In this document: piece by piece, positions 31,057 to 40,105 of the stretch
Layout: each line of letters opens with the position of its first letter
Position numbering within the stretch: the stretch's first letter is position 1
Assembly (NCBI RefSeq): GCF_003334335.1
Contig: NZ_QOWQ01000021.1
DNA: 64,000 nt
Direction: 5' to 3' (one strand)
Origin: Escherichia coli
GTDB taxonomy: Bacteria > Pseudomonadota > Gammaproteobacteria > Enterobacterales > Enterobacteriaceae
Notes under the pieces: generated by a model
What the model was told of the DNA's origin: nothing
Database searches by the model: none
Seen by the model: the letters and a program-made list of their open reading frames with translations, nothing else
Program-made: the position numbers and the translations under genes

Positions 31057-31380
31057 ATGAGACTTCTGATTCTGACTCTTTCATTAATAACGCTGGCGGG
31101 GTGTACGGTTACTCGCCAAGCCCATGTGAGCGAAGTTGACGTGGCAACAGGTATTGTACGGTTAGTTTATGACCAGGCTTTTTTGCAGCATGCCCATACC
31201 GATCGTTATGTCAGTCGCGGGATCGCCGATCGCGCATGCCAGCAGGAAGGCTATACCCACGCGGTCCCCTTTGGTCAGCCAGTAGGCAACTGTAGCCTTT
31301 TTGCGGGTTCCTTATGTTTGAATACGGAATTCACTTTGTCATATCAGTGCCATCATTCCGCCTTCCCTGTCTTTCTCTAA
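31057..31380 (+). CDS. yecR: lipoprotein YecR
   Basis: 107 aa ORF with lipobox LITLAGC in MRLLILTLSLITLAGCTV... Confidence 0.88.
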   Translation: MRLLILTLSLITLAGCTVTRQAHVSEVDVATGIVRLVYDQAFLQHAHTDRYVSRGIADRACQQEGYTHAVPFGQPVGNCSLFAGSLCLNTEFTLSYQCHHSAFPVFL

Positions 31381-31550
31381 ATATTTTAATCAGCGAGGGG
31401 ATCTTCGCTGATTAAAGAAATAGCGGTAATGCGTTTTATTCCCATTCGTATTTTTAATAATTGAAGTTTATATTTTACCTTTTGCAAATAATAAAATAAC
31501 AAATTATAGTGACGCCACAGCAACAAATATAACCTTTGTGGAGCACTATC

Positions 31551-32048
31551 ATGCTGAAACCAGAAATGATTGAAAAACTTAATGAGCAGATGAACCTGGA
31601 ACTGTACTCTTCACTGCTTTATCAGCAAATGAGCGCCTGGTGCAGCTATCATACCTTCGAAGGTGCTGCCGCGTTCCTGCGCCGTCACGCCCAGGAAGAG
31701 ATGACGCATATGCAGCATCTGTTTGATTACCTGACTGATACCGGCAATTTACCGCGTATTAATACCGTTGAATCTCCGTTTGCTGAATATTCCTCACTTG
31801 ATGAATTATTCCAGGAAACCTATAAACACGAACAATTAATCACCCAGAAAATTAACGAACTGGCTCATGCTGCAATGACCAATCAGGACTACCCAACATT
31901 TAATTTCCTGCAATGGTATGTTTCTGAGCAGCATGAAGAAGAGAAACTGTTCAAATCGATTATTGATAAATTAAGCCTGGCAGGCAAAAGCGGCGAAGGT
32001 CTGTATTTTATCGACAAAGAACTCTCTACCCTCGACACACAAAACTAA
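31551..32048 (+). CDS. ftnA: ferritin FtnA
   Basis: Track ORF 31536..32048; start [21 protein letters not shown] gives 165 aa. Confidence 0.95.
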   Translation: MLKPEMIEKLNEQMNLELYSSLLYQQMSAWCSYHTFEGAAAFLRRHAQEEMTHMQHLFDYLTDTGNLPRINTVESPFAEYSSLDELFQETYKHEQLITQKINELAHAAMTNQDYPTFNFLQWYVSEQHEEEKLFKSIIDKLSLAGKSGEGLYFIDKELSTLDTQN

Positions 32049-32055
32049 TGCTCTC

Positions 32056-32083
32056 CGGCGGCAGGTTTACTGCCGCCGTTTCA
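32056..32083 (+). terminator. terminator between ftnA and convergent yecH
   Basis: Hairpin cggcggcag gtttac tgccgccg followed by ttt, immediately after the ftnA stop. Confidence 0.7.
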
Positions 32084-32085
32084 AA

Positions 32086-32325
32086 TCAGTGACGGCAAAT
32101 CTTACTCTGATCGGTCGAAAAACCGTCTTCCGAAGGTATAAATTTGCCTTTTGCTGCCAGAAACGCTACCAGCTCTCCCGCAGTCATCCCTTCTGCCGAG
32201 CAGGTGTGAAAACGTGCCTGTTCACCAAAACGCGCTTTAATCGCAGCTTCCAGACTGGCATGCGTATATTGCTCGCCTGATTCAATCATCATATTTAACA
32301 CTTCATGACCGTGAATAGAGTCCAT
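32086..32325 (-). CDS. yecH: YecH (DUF2492 family)
   Basis: 79 aa ORF MDSIHGHEVLNMMIESGEQYTHASLEAAIKARFGEQARFHTCSAEG... Confidence 0.88.
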   Translation of the reverse strand: MDSIHGHEVLNMMIESGEQYTHASLEAAIKARFGEQARFHTCSAEGMTAGELVAFLAAKGKFIPSEDGFSTDQSKICRH

Positions 32326-32515
32326 CGTTCCTCCTCAAAAAAAAGCCTAGCGTAGCGATTACCGCTTATGAAGACTTTGCGCCAGCGCAGGACTGAATGC
32401 TTTTATTGTACATTTATATTTACACCATATGTAACGTCGGTTTGACGAAGCAGCCGTTATGCCTTAACCTGCGCCGCAGATATCACTCATAAAGATCGTC
32501 AGGACAGAAGAAAGC

Positions 32516-33727
32516 GTGAAAAACAGAACCCTGGGAAGTGTTTTTATCGTGGCGGGAACCACAATTGGCGCAGGCATGCTGGCAATGCCGCTGGCTGCGG
32601 CAGGTGTTGGTTTTAGCGTCACGTTAATCTTGTTGATTGGGCTTTGGGCGTTGATGTGCTACACGGCGCTATTACTGCTGGAGGTGTACCAGCATGTTCC
32701 GGCAGATACCGGTCTTGGCACGCTGGCAAAACGCTATCTGGGACGCTACGGTCAGTGGCTGACGGGCTTCAGTATGATGTTCTTAATGTATGCTCTGACT
32801 GCGGCATACATCAGCGGTGCCGGTGAATTGTTGGCCTCCAGCATCAGCGACTGGACAGGTATTTCAATGTCGGCAACCGCTGGCGTGCTGTTGTTCACTT
32901 TTGTTGCCGGTGGCGTGGTTTGTGTCGGGACATCGCTGGTCGATTTGTTTAACCGTTTTCTGTTCAGCGCCAAAATTATTTTTCTGGTGGTGATGCTGGT
33001 ATTGCTGCTACCGCATATTCACAAAGTGAATCTTTTAACCCTGCCGTTGCAACAGGGGCTGGCTCTGTCAGCAATCCCGGTGATTTTTACCTCATTTGGT
33101 TTTCACGGTAGCGTGCCGAGTATTGTCAGCTATATGGATGGCAACGTTCGTAAGCTACGCTGGGTGTTTATAACCGGTAGTGCGATCCCCCTGGTGGCAT
33201 ATATTTTCTGGCAGGTGGCAACGCTTGGCAGCATTGATTCAACAACCTTTATGGGATTGCTGGCTAATCATGCTGGATTAAACGGGCTGTTACAGGCGTT
33301 ACGCGAAATGGTGGCCTCTCCGCATGTTGAGCTGGCAGTGCATTTATTTGCTGATTTAGCCCTCGCCACGTCATTTCTCGGCGTTGCGTTAGGCTTATTT
33401 GATTATCTGGCTGATTTATTTCAGCGTTCAAATACCGTTGGTGGACGGTTGCAAACTGGTGCAATTACCTTTCTGCCGCCGTTGGCGTTTGCACTGTTTT
33501 ATCCACGAGGATTTGTGATGGCGCTGGGTTACGCCGGTGTGGCGCTGGCGGTACTGGCATTGATTATCCCTTCGCTGTTGACCTGGCAAAGCAGAAAGCA
33601 CAATCCTCAGGCGGGTTACCGGGTGAAAGGTGGTCGTCCGGCGCTGGTGGTGGTGTTTCTCTGTGGTATTGCTGTGATTGGCGTGCAATTTTTGATTGCG
33701 GCAGGGTTGTTACCAGAAGTGGGGTGA
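32516..33727 (+). CDS. tyrP: tyrosine-specific transporter TyrP
   Basis: 403 aa multi-TM aromatic amino acid permease; GTG start. Confidence 0.95.
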   Translation: MKNRTLGSVFIVAGTTIGAGMLAMPLAAAGVGFSVTLILLIGLWALMCYTALLLLEVYQHVPADTGLGTLAKRYLGRYGQWLTGFSMMFLMYALTAAYISGAGELLASSISDWTGISMSATAGVLLFTFVAGGVVCVGTSLVDLFNRFLFSAKIIFLVVMLVLLLPHIHKVNLLTLPLQQGLALSAIPVIFTSFGFHGSVPSIVSYMDGNVRKLRWVFITGSAIPLVAYIFWQVATLGSIDSTTFMGLLANHAGLNGLLQALREMVASPHVELAVHLFADLALATSFLGVALGLFDYLADLFQRSNTVGGRLQTGAITFLPPLAFALFYPRGFVMALGYAGVALAVLALIIPSLLTWQSRKHNPQAGYRVKGGRPALVVVFLCGIAVIGVQFLIAAGLLPEVG

Positions 33728-33788
33728 TCAGATAGCCTCAAATTCCTTATTGGGTGCCAGAATTAACGCTGACACCCAATTTGACCTC

Positions 33789-34454
33789 TTAATGCAGGCA
33801 GCACTGCTTAAATTTCTTACCACTACCGCACGGGCAAGGATCGTTACGCCCCGGTTTCTCTTCTGCTTTGATCGGTTGCTGAACAGCTTTTTCCTGCGGA
33901 TGCGCCATCCAGTACGCATGTAGATCAAGCGCCGCCAGTCGAATGGCATCTACGCTCTCTTCAAACGCTTCTGGCGACATTTTCTCTACCCGCTCGAAGT
34001 TTTCCTCAGTACCGTGCAGCGCAATCGCCTCCAGCGCTGGTTTTAACGAATCGGGCAACGTTGACCAGTCAGAAAGTGCCACGCCCCGCATATAGCCAAA
34101 GCACCACTCCTCAACAATCGTCAGCTCGCTGCCATCAACTTCTCGCAAGCCGAATAACGGCTCAAACTGCTCCGGGAATTCGTTCAGACGCTCTGCGGTA
34201 TCGGCCATATGTTGAAAAGCCAGATTCATAAAGCGCGTCATCTCTTTCTCTGACGCCCAGCGCGGCACATAGTCAGCCCCACCCCACACGGCAACCAGCC
34301 ACTGTTCCGGTTCAATCTCTTGCGGAGAACTCAACACCGCCGTCAATAAACCGTCCAGCTCCGCCACATCAAGGATGGCGTGGTCAGTGTTGTATTTGGT
34401 CAGAATATCGTCCAGCCATTCCAACTCACTTTCGTTTAACGGTCCCGTTTTCAT
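33789..34454 (-). CDS. yecA: YecA, UPF0149 protein with C-terminal SEC-C zinc motif
   Basis: 221 aa ORF ending ...[19 protein letters not shown] (SEC-C motif). Confidence 0.92.
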   Translation of the reverse strand: MKTGPLNESELEWLDDILTKYNTDHAILDVAELDGLLTAVLSSPQEIEPEQWLVAVWGGADYVPRWASEKEMTRFMNLAFQHMADTAERLNEFPEQFEPLFGLREVDGSELTIVEEWCFGYMRGVALSDWSTLPDSLKPALEAIALHGTEENFERVEKMSPEAFEESVDAIRLAALDLHAYWMAHPQEKAVQQPIKAEEKPGRNDPCPCGSGKKFKQCCLH

Positions 34455-34649
34455 ACGCTTTTCCTTGTGGATCTCAACTCGCCAGCACCTATCTTACATG
34501 CCGGTCCGTATCAGAGATACTTTTTGAGTGGCTTTGCTGGTGATTAAAAATTAGGGAGGGTGTAACGACAAGTTGCAGGCACAAAAAAACCACCCGAAGG
34601 TGGTTTCACGACACTGCTTATTGCTTTGATTTTATTCTTATCTTTCCCA

Positions 34650-34704
34650 TGGTACCCGGAGCGGGACTTGAACCCGCACAGCGCGAACGCCGAGGGATTT
34701 TAAA
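34650..34704 (-). tRNA. leuZ: truncated tRNA-Leu (leuZ-type, anticodon UAA), 3-prime ~55 nt only; prophage attachment-site remnant
   Basis: tggtacccggagcgggacttgaacccgcacagcgcgaacgccgagggattttaaa is the reverse complement of the tRNA-Leu 3-prime end through the anticodon loop; identity stops there and the D-arm/acceptor 5-prime half is absent. Not an intact tRNA. Confidence 0.8.
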
Positions 34705-34810
34705 AACTATCAACCACCATTTATAAATCATAACGTTATGATTTTATTAAGTATACAGATAAAGCAATATGGCGCTATTTGATGCTTTTGTTACTTTTCA
34801 TCGCCACTTT

Positions 34811-35812
34811 TTACCCTCTATTGTCAAAGGGATTCAGTTCAACAGCAGCCTCTAAATGACCCGGCGCAAAGTGTGCATAACGCATAGTCATTTTTATATC
34901 GCTATGCCCCAGTATTTTTTGCAACACAAGAATATTTCCTCCCCGCATCATAAAATGGCTGGCAAACGTATGACGTAGCACATGAGTTAATTGTCCGTCA
35001 GGAAGTTCGATCTTTGCTCTCTTAATAGCGGCGTCAAAAGCCTCATAACATGGTGAAAAAAGCGCCCCGCGTTTTTTAGGAAGCATGGCCTGCAATTGAG
35101 GTGAAATAGGTACAGTGCGGTTCTTCTTTCCTTTGGTTTTAACAAATGTGATTCGTCCAGGCAGTATTTGAGATTGCTTTAATCCCTCTGCTTCACTCCA
35201 CCTGGCACCAGTCGCAAGCCCAATACGGACGACAACACCCAAATCTTTATTCCGTGACTCATCACATGCAATCAGAAGGCGTTCAATCTCATCTGCATAC
35301 AGAAACGCCTGTTCCTTTTCTTCCTCACGAAACTTGCGAATACCTGTCAATGGATTTTCACCAGACCACTCCCCAAGGCGCTTCAGTTCAGCAAAAACAG
35401 CATGTAAATATGACTGTTCGCGATTAACGGTTGCTTCACTAAGTTTTTTCTTCCCCTTTGGATTCCATTCACCTGATAACCGCCGCTCCCTGTAGATGGC
35501 AAACATATTTTTATCAAATTGAGAAGCAAACGGATCACCCAACCTAGAACAAATCGCCTCAAGTTTAGCCTTGCGCTCTTCACCGGAAGACAACGTTTTA
35601 CCGTACATTTCAAACCAGCGAGCAACCAACTCGGAAAGACGGGGGCCAGAACCATCCTGAAACTCGCCCCCTAAATTACCGTTCATTAAACGGCGCTCAT
35701 AAGAGAGCGCCTCACCTTTAGTAGCAAACTGCTTACGAATGCGTTTTCCTGCTGCTCCGTAGGGATAGCATTCACAGAGCCATTTACCAGTAGATAGTTT
35801 ACGAACAGACAT
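34811..35812 (-). CDS. int: P2-type tyrosine integrase
   Basis: Track ORF 34811..35887; start MSVRKLSTGKW aligns with the P2 Int N-terminus; catalytic R...HxxR...Y motifs (ATGARWSEA, HVLRHTFASH, MRYAHFAP). Confidence 0.9.
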   Translation of the reverse strand: MSVRKLSTGKWLCECYPYGAAGKRIRKQFATKGEALSYERRLMNGNLGGEFQDGSGPRLSELVARWFEMYGKTLSSGEERKAKLEAICSRLGDPFASQFDKNMFAIYRERRLSGEWNPKGKKKLSEATVNREQSYLHAVFAELKRLGEWSGENPLTGIRKFREEEKEQAFLYADEIERLLIACDESRNKDLGVVVRIGLATGARWSEAEGLKQSQILPGRITFVKTKGKKNRTVPISPQLQAMLPKKRGALFSPCYEAFDAAIKRAKIELPDGQLTHVLRHTFASHFMMRGGNILVLQKILGHSDIKMTMRYAHFAPGHLEAAVELNPFDNRG

Positions 35813-35846
35813 ATTAAAAAGTGCACACCAAGGAAAATTTTCGTGA

Positions 35847-36104
35847 TTAAGATGGTTGCTCAACCCGCATAAAGAGCTTTTCATCAACTAACTGCTCCCA
35901 TTCATCGGGATCAAGCTCCCAAGAAGGAGCCGACATATCATCCTCATCCCCCTCATTTACAAAAGTAACCAAATAGAAAGGAAGATCTCCGGGCTCATCG
36001 TCATCGTCCTTGACAATATGAACATTAGTAACAACTATACGATTAGATGGATTAACTTTAGATACATATAAACCAATTAATGGAATTTGCGGATTAGTTA
36101 CCAT
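35847..36104 (-). CDS. hypothetical highly acidic 85 aa protein (cargo between repressor and integrase)
   Basis: ATG with upstream agagg SD; product has runs of D/E (VKDDDDEPGDLPFYLVTFVNEGDEDDMSAPSWELDPDEWEQLVDE); no family recognised. Confidence 0.6.
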   Translation of the reverse strand: MVTNPQIPLIGLYVSKVNPSNRIVVTNVHIVKDDDDEPGDLPFYLVTFVNEGDEDDMSAPSWELDPDEWEQLVDEKLFMRVEQPS

Positions 36105-36302
36105 AATTCATTTACCTCTTTGGACTTCCTCATGAACAAAGACTTACTTTTCTTTAAGACCATAACAAGTAATTCACACCATTTCTTACATCACTAGTTG
36201 CCCCCTCCCACCTTTGTCAGCTCGCTTAATTTATCTTTTTCATTTCTTTTAAAGTCGGTAAAGCAAGCTTTTGTCACAATATCTTTCTCCAACAACTATC
36301 TA

Positions 36303-36947
36303 TCAGAAAAGAACACTGCCTAATAAAACACCAACAACGAAACACATTCCTGTTTCTTTCGGGTATTTTCTAATTATTTGCTGAAAATTCATCTGTAATT
36401 GACTACCGGCAGAATTGTTGGCAGTTAATTTCTTTTCTCCTTCCACTGATTGTTGGTCTAACCAGGAAAGAGCCATCTGAAGCTGAGAACGAGTAAGATC
36501 GTTTAAGCGACCCGTTCCGAAATTGATATGGCAATAGCGGATAAGTTTTTGACGAAGCACTCCATCTTCACTATTACGAAGTAAAATACTTACAAGCGCC
36601 TTACGCGCATCATGATCTTTACATCGTTCAAGCATCGCACACAGAAAGCTCTCTGCGGTCTTATATTGATTCATTGTTATATCATCAATACTGTCTACAC
36701 CAATCTCTGCATGCAATTTTTGCCAAATAATAAACGCCTCGGTATTGCTGGCATCTACAATAGCAGCAACTAATCTATTTAATGCCTTCCGTTGCCCCTT
36801 AAGTAAGGGGCGTGGATCACTGTTATTGCTCGAAGGAATTGCGATATTGACGGTATGAGAGCCATCATATCGCCCTATCTGAATATTCTTTTCTTGGTAA
36901 TCTCGCCCAGCAATACGATTATCTGAACCGTTTGAGTTGACCGTCAT
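36303..36947 (-). CDS. hypothetical 214 aa protein with C-terminal hydrophobic anchor (cargo between repressor and integrase)
   Basis: Long ORF with good SD (ggaggtgg before ATG), C-terminal TM-like tail MCFVVGVLLGSVLF; N-terminus shares NRIAGRDY motif with the upstream repressor C-terminus. Confidence 0.7.
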   Translation of the reverse strand: MTVNSNGSDNRIAGRDYQEKNIQIGRYDGSHTVNIAIPSSNNSDPRPLLKGQRKALNRLVAAIVDASNTEAFIIWQKLHAEIGVDSIDDITMNQYKTAESFLCAMLERCKDHDARKALVSILLRNSEDGVLRQKLIRYCHINFGTGRLNDLTRSQLQMALSWLDQQSVEGEKKLTANNSAGSQLQMNFQQIIRKYPKETGMCFVVGVLLGSVLF

Positions 36948-36962
36948 GCCACCTCCTTGCTA

Positions 36963-37367
36963 TCACTTACCCTTTGTTTCGTTATAGTCACGGCCTGCGA
37001 TGCGGTTATTCCCGCCAGAGATATTTAACCCTCCCCCTGATGACTGACTCTCCTTTTCAGTGACTGCACCTTTCAAAGCACCAATCACCGCGTTTTTCAC
37101 ATCTAGTGAGGCACTCCGAAAACGTGTGATCAACTCCTGCTCATCATCGTTATAAGTTTCAGGTGAATGAATTCCCAACACGACATACTGAACATCAAGG
37201 CCAAAACGCGACAACGCTGATAAGTACGCCGCATCAGGAAAGCTATCCCCTTTCTCATATCTAAGTTGGGTTAACTTTTTAACCCCACCAATATCACTCA
37301 TAGCGACTTGGCTAAGACCCAGCCGTTCCCTTTCCTCACGCAACCGTTGGCCAATATCATTTTTCAT
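36963..37367 (-). CDS. XRE-family HTH repressor (immunity repressor, P2 C / CI equivalent)
   Basis: 134 aa; N-terminal HTH_XRE (IGQRLREERERLGLSQVAMSDIGGVKKLTQLRYEKG); leftward, divergent from the cox-like gene as in P2 immunity regions. Confidence 0.8.
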   Translation of the reverse strand: MKNDIGQRLREERERLGLSQVAMSDIGGVKKLTQLRYEKGDSFPDAAYLSALSRFGLDVQYVVLGIHSPETYNDDEQELITRFRSASLDVKNAVIGALKGAVTEKESQSSGGGLNISGGNNRIAGRDYNETKGK

Positions 37368-37376
37368 ACAAAAACC

Positions 37377-37405
37377 TTGACAGGTATCTTTTTTGATACC
37401 AAAAT
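37377..37405 (+). promoter_or_regulatory. candidate early promoter with embedded operator palindrome GGTATC-N6-GATACC
   Basis: TTGACA -35 hexamer, 17 bp spacer containing the perfect inverted repeat ggtatcttttttgatacc, then caaaat; lies between divergent repressor and cox-like genes. Confidence 0.5.
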
Positions 37406-37442
37406 ACTTTCATGAGCCATTAGATGAACACAATATACCACT

Positions 37443-37661
37443 ATGAAACAAGTTGTTCACGACACCAGATCACGGATTCCGCGTAACACAGCTACAGGAC
37501 CGCGACTGGCACTTCGATTGTCAGCAGAAGAGCGAGCCGTCATTGATGAAATGGCAACTAAAGAACAGCGCTCATCCTCTAACATGGCACGCATGATCTT
37601 CCTTCGTGGCCTTGAGATTATCCAGAAAGAGCAAAACCAATCTTCATGCTCAGGAGGTTAA
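37443..37661 (+). CDS. ribbon-helix-helix DNA-binding protein (Cox/Cro/Apl-equivalent first early gene)
   Basis: 72 aa; RLALRLSAEERAVIDEMATKEQRSSSNMARMIFLRGLE fits a strand-helix-helix pattern; first rightward gene after the repressor. Confidence 0.6.
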   Translation: MKQVVHDTRSRIPRNTATGPRLALRLSAEERAVIDEMATKEQRSSSNMARMIFLRGLEIIQKEQNQSSCSGG

Positions 37662-37665
37662 CGGG

Positions 37666-37869
37666 ATGCAAGGTATAACAATAAACATCAACGTTAATGC
37701 CCCTTACGTATCTCTGAAGAAATACGCCGAGATAACAGGCATTCCTCTTAACACATGCAAAAAGATGTTGGCTGACGGTCGAATTATTATCCGCCCCAAA
37801 CGCGCCAAAATGGAAAAACCAGAAGTAAACCTTATAGCTATGTTAAAAGACGCAATAGCCAACAGCTAA
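37666..37869 (+). CDS. small HTH regulatory protein (AlpA/excisionase-like fold, tentative)
   Basis: Internal Met of track ORF 37606..37869; YVSLKKYAEITGIPLNTCKKMLADGRI looks like a short HTH. Confidence 0.5.
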   Translation: MQGITININVNAPYVSLKKYAEITGIPLNTCKKMLADGRIIIRPKRAKMEKPEVNLIAMLKDAIANS

Positions 37870-37936
37870 ACAATGAAGCGAGCATAACTATGAAGAAAAC
37901 GTTTCATTAAAAACATCAAGATTTGAAGGTGTTGAC

Positions 37937-38131
37937 ATGACTGACTCCACTCAAACAAAAGACTTATACAGCGATTTACGATTCATCATCATACAACAGC
38001 AATCAGGCAGACTGGATCCAACACGTGCAAGCAAGGCCTGGAAAGAAGCACTTACCGATCAGGGGATCGATGTAATTAGCGAAGTCATGGCTGAAGTGAT
38101 TTTTAAGCTAACAAGAGACGAATCACTGTAA
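37937..38131 (+). CDS. hypothetical protein, 64 aa
   Basis: Track ORF in the early operon; no family recognised. Confidence 0.45.
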   Translation: MTDSTQTKDLYSDLRFIIIQQQSGRLDPTRASKAWKEALTDQGIDVISEVMAEVIFKLTRDESL

Positions 38132-38156
38132 TCATCGCATAAGGACCGAGTGAAGA

Positions 38157-38480
38157 ATGAAGCAACAACGAAATGCACGCATCAATAACAACACCGAACG
38201 CCACGTTGCACGCCAGCACTTCCGTAAAAATAGTGCGACCGCAACCACTGAAATCCATACCACACCAGACGGTCATCAGATAAAACAAACCGGAAAGCAC
38301 ACCTGGGCGATTGGCGACACTGGCATCGTTATTCACAAAAGTTTTCGTAGCCCTGTTACTGGCAGAATTAATTTTACCCTGACTCGCGGAGATGATTACT
38401 TCGGACAGGACTTCACATTTTTTGAAGCCTTAAGAACGGTCGATCGGTTAATGACTGGTCGTAATTTTCACGCTAAATGA
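38157..38480 (+). CDS. hypothetical basic protein, 107 aa
   Basis: Track ORF, co-directional and tightly packed in the early operon. Confidence 0.5.
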   Translation: MKQQRNARINNNTERHVARQHFRKNSATATTEIHTTPDGHQIKQTGKHTWAIGDTGIVIHKSFRSPVTGRINFTLTRGDDYFGQDFTFFEALRTVDRLMTGRNFHAK

Positions 38481-38493
38481 TACAGATGAAAAC

Positions 38494-38709
38494 ATGGAAA
38501 CATACAAAATTAAAGATATTGAACACCATGACGGTTTTTTCAGCGCTGAACATGTTGCTTGTGTTGTCAGGATTTTCAATGAAGTAGATGTGATTTTGAA
38601 GCAAAACATAAAGCTTGAAATCATCGCAAAAAGCGAAGCAGACGCCATTGAAATAAAAAAAGCTATTGAACGTCAGATAATACAGTTGACAAGTACCATT
38701 GTATTTTAA
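38494..38709 (+). CDS. hypothetical protein, 71 aa
   Basis: Track ORF, early operon. Confidence 0.45.
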   Translation: METYKIKDIEHHDGFFSAEHVACVVRIFNEVDVILKQNIKLEIIAKSEADAIEIKKAIERQIIQLTSTIVF

Positions 38710-38727
38710 GCAACAGGAAAAATAACC

Positions 38728-38967
38728 ATGACCAGAAATTACAAAGAAATCGTCAATCAGATCATTAAGGCTTACAGCCACCGCATTGCAAAATTACCCG
38801 AGTTCATACGCATAATGGAGACGCATTCATTAATGCAAGGACTGAACGGGTTGGCACTGGCCGCATTGGCAGCTAACGATATTGATGCCACCATCGAAAT
38901 AAACAACCTGTTATTAGACATTGAAAAAGGCGGAAACATAGAACCCTACAATCTGGAGGCCGCATGA
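38728..38967 (+). CDS. hypothetical protein, 79 aa
   Basis: Track ORF, early operon; stop overlaps the next small ORF (ATGA). Confidence 0.5.
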   Translation: MTRNYKEIVNQIIKAYSHRIAKLPEFIRIMETHSLMQGLNGLALAALAANDIDATIEINNLLLDIEKGGNIEPYNLEAA

Positions 38968-39089
38968 GCGTATTTCTTTCATGGCTAATTCTGATTATCT
39001 CCGTACTTATGGCAATCGGCATTATGCGAATTATCCACACACTGAAGGATATCGAATTATTCTTTACCGGCGATAAACGCCGTAAATAA
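38964..39089 (+). CDS. small hydrophobic peptide, 41 aa (single TM)
   Basis: ATG preceded by ggagg SD; MSVFLSWLILIISVLMAIGIMRIIHTLKDIELFFTGDKRRK; below ORF-track cutoff, found by manual translation. Confidence 0.5.
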   Translation: MSVFLSWLILIISVLMAIGIMRIIHTLKDIELFFTGDKRRK

Positions 39090-39101
39090 AGCGAAAACGT
39101 T

Positions 39102-39197
39102 ATGAAGAATGTAAAAGCAATACTCACCATTGCCAGTGTGTGGCTGATATTTCAGGTGTGTGCGCTTATCTGGTTAGCCCTGAAGATCTGGGAATAA
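39102..39197 (+). CDS. small hydrophobic peptide, 31 aa (single TM)
   Basis: MKNVKAILTIASVWLIFQVCALIWLALKIWE; weak SD; found by manual translation. Confidence 0.35.
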   Translation: MKNVKAILTIASVWLIFQVCALIWLALKIWE

Positions 39198-39302
39198 CCT
39201 TAAGCTTCAAATAAGAACGCAATAACACCAGAAAACATACGAACAATTAATTAAGGCATTCATGCCATCGGGTTCCCTTTGTCTTTTTTCAGGAGTCAAC
39301 AA

Positions 39303-39527
39303 ATGAGAACAGTCGAATCACCCGCAACCGCCAGACCAGTTAACCATCATGCACATATCAGCATGGCCGCGAGAAAAGCCGAGCGTGCGCATATCTGCGA
39401 ATTGCTCCGAGACCTGGTTAACACGGCGAAAGAGAAGCACTCCTCCCCGCTGGAAACCTGTTCAGCCATTGAACGACTGATTGCAACGCTCACGAACAAC
39501 ACCGAACTGAAGGGGTCAGCGCAATGA
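39303..39527 (+). CDS. hypothetical protein, 74 aa
   Basis: Internal ATG of track ORF 39279..39527 preceded by aggag; stop overlaps the exonuclease start. Confidence 0.5.
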   Translation: MRTVESPATARPVNHHAHISMAARKAERAHICELLRDLVNTAKEKHSSPLETCSAIERLIATLTNNTELKGSAQ

Positions 39528-40105
39528 ACCATCTCATGATTGACACCGAAACACTGGGTAACGGACCGGACGCAGCCATATTCGCGATCGGGGCGGTGTT
39601 TTTCGACCCGTTCACCGGAAAGCTGGGCAAGCAGTTTGAGAAATTCATCGACCCGGTAGATTCAGAACGCAACGGCGGAACCGTCAATGCAGCCACCGCT
39701 GTATGGTGGGCCGGACAATCCGTGGAGGCCAGATCCTGCCTGCGCAACGCAGAGGGAACAGAGCTTGCGGCAGTAACCGAATTTCTGGCGTTCATTTCAC
39801 GCAATATGCATGACGAAAGCACGGGCAATTCACTGACCATATGGTGTAAGGGCGCATCCTTCGATTTCCCGATCCTGAAATCCGCCATAACACGCACAGC
39901 CGGAGAAAAAAGCATCCCCTGGTGCTACTGGAACGAGCGCTGTATGCGCCCGCTTATCGCCATGGCTGAATCAACTGGATGGAAAATGCCAGGCAGATCA
40001 GGAAAAGAGGCCATTGCTCACACCGCGCTGGGCGACGCCATTTACCAGGCAAAGGTCGTGTCAGAAATCTGGCAGCGCTTCACAACACCATTCCTGAACA
40101 TATGA
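39524..40105 (+). CDS. DnaQ-like 3-prime-5-prime exonuclease (DEDDh family)
   Basis: 193 aa; Exo I motif MIDTETLG and Exo III motif HTALGDA. Confidence 0.75.
   Translation: MNHLMIDTETLGNGPDAAIFAIGAVFFDPFTGKLGKQFEKFIDPVDSERNGGTVNAATAVWWAGQSVEARSCLRNAEGTELAAVTEFLAFISRNMHDESTGNSLTIWCKGASFDFPILKSAITRTAGEKSIPWCYWNERCMRPLIAMAESTGWKMPGRSGKEAIAHTALGDAIYQAKVVSEIWQRFTTPFLNI

Noticed and set aside
34650-34740. Possibility of an intact tRNA gene at the prophage junction
   Set aside because: Only the 3-prime half through the anticodon loop matches tRNA-Leu; the adjacent sequence cannot form the acceptor or D arm.
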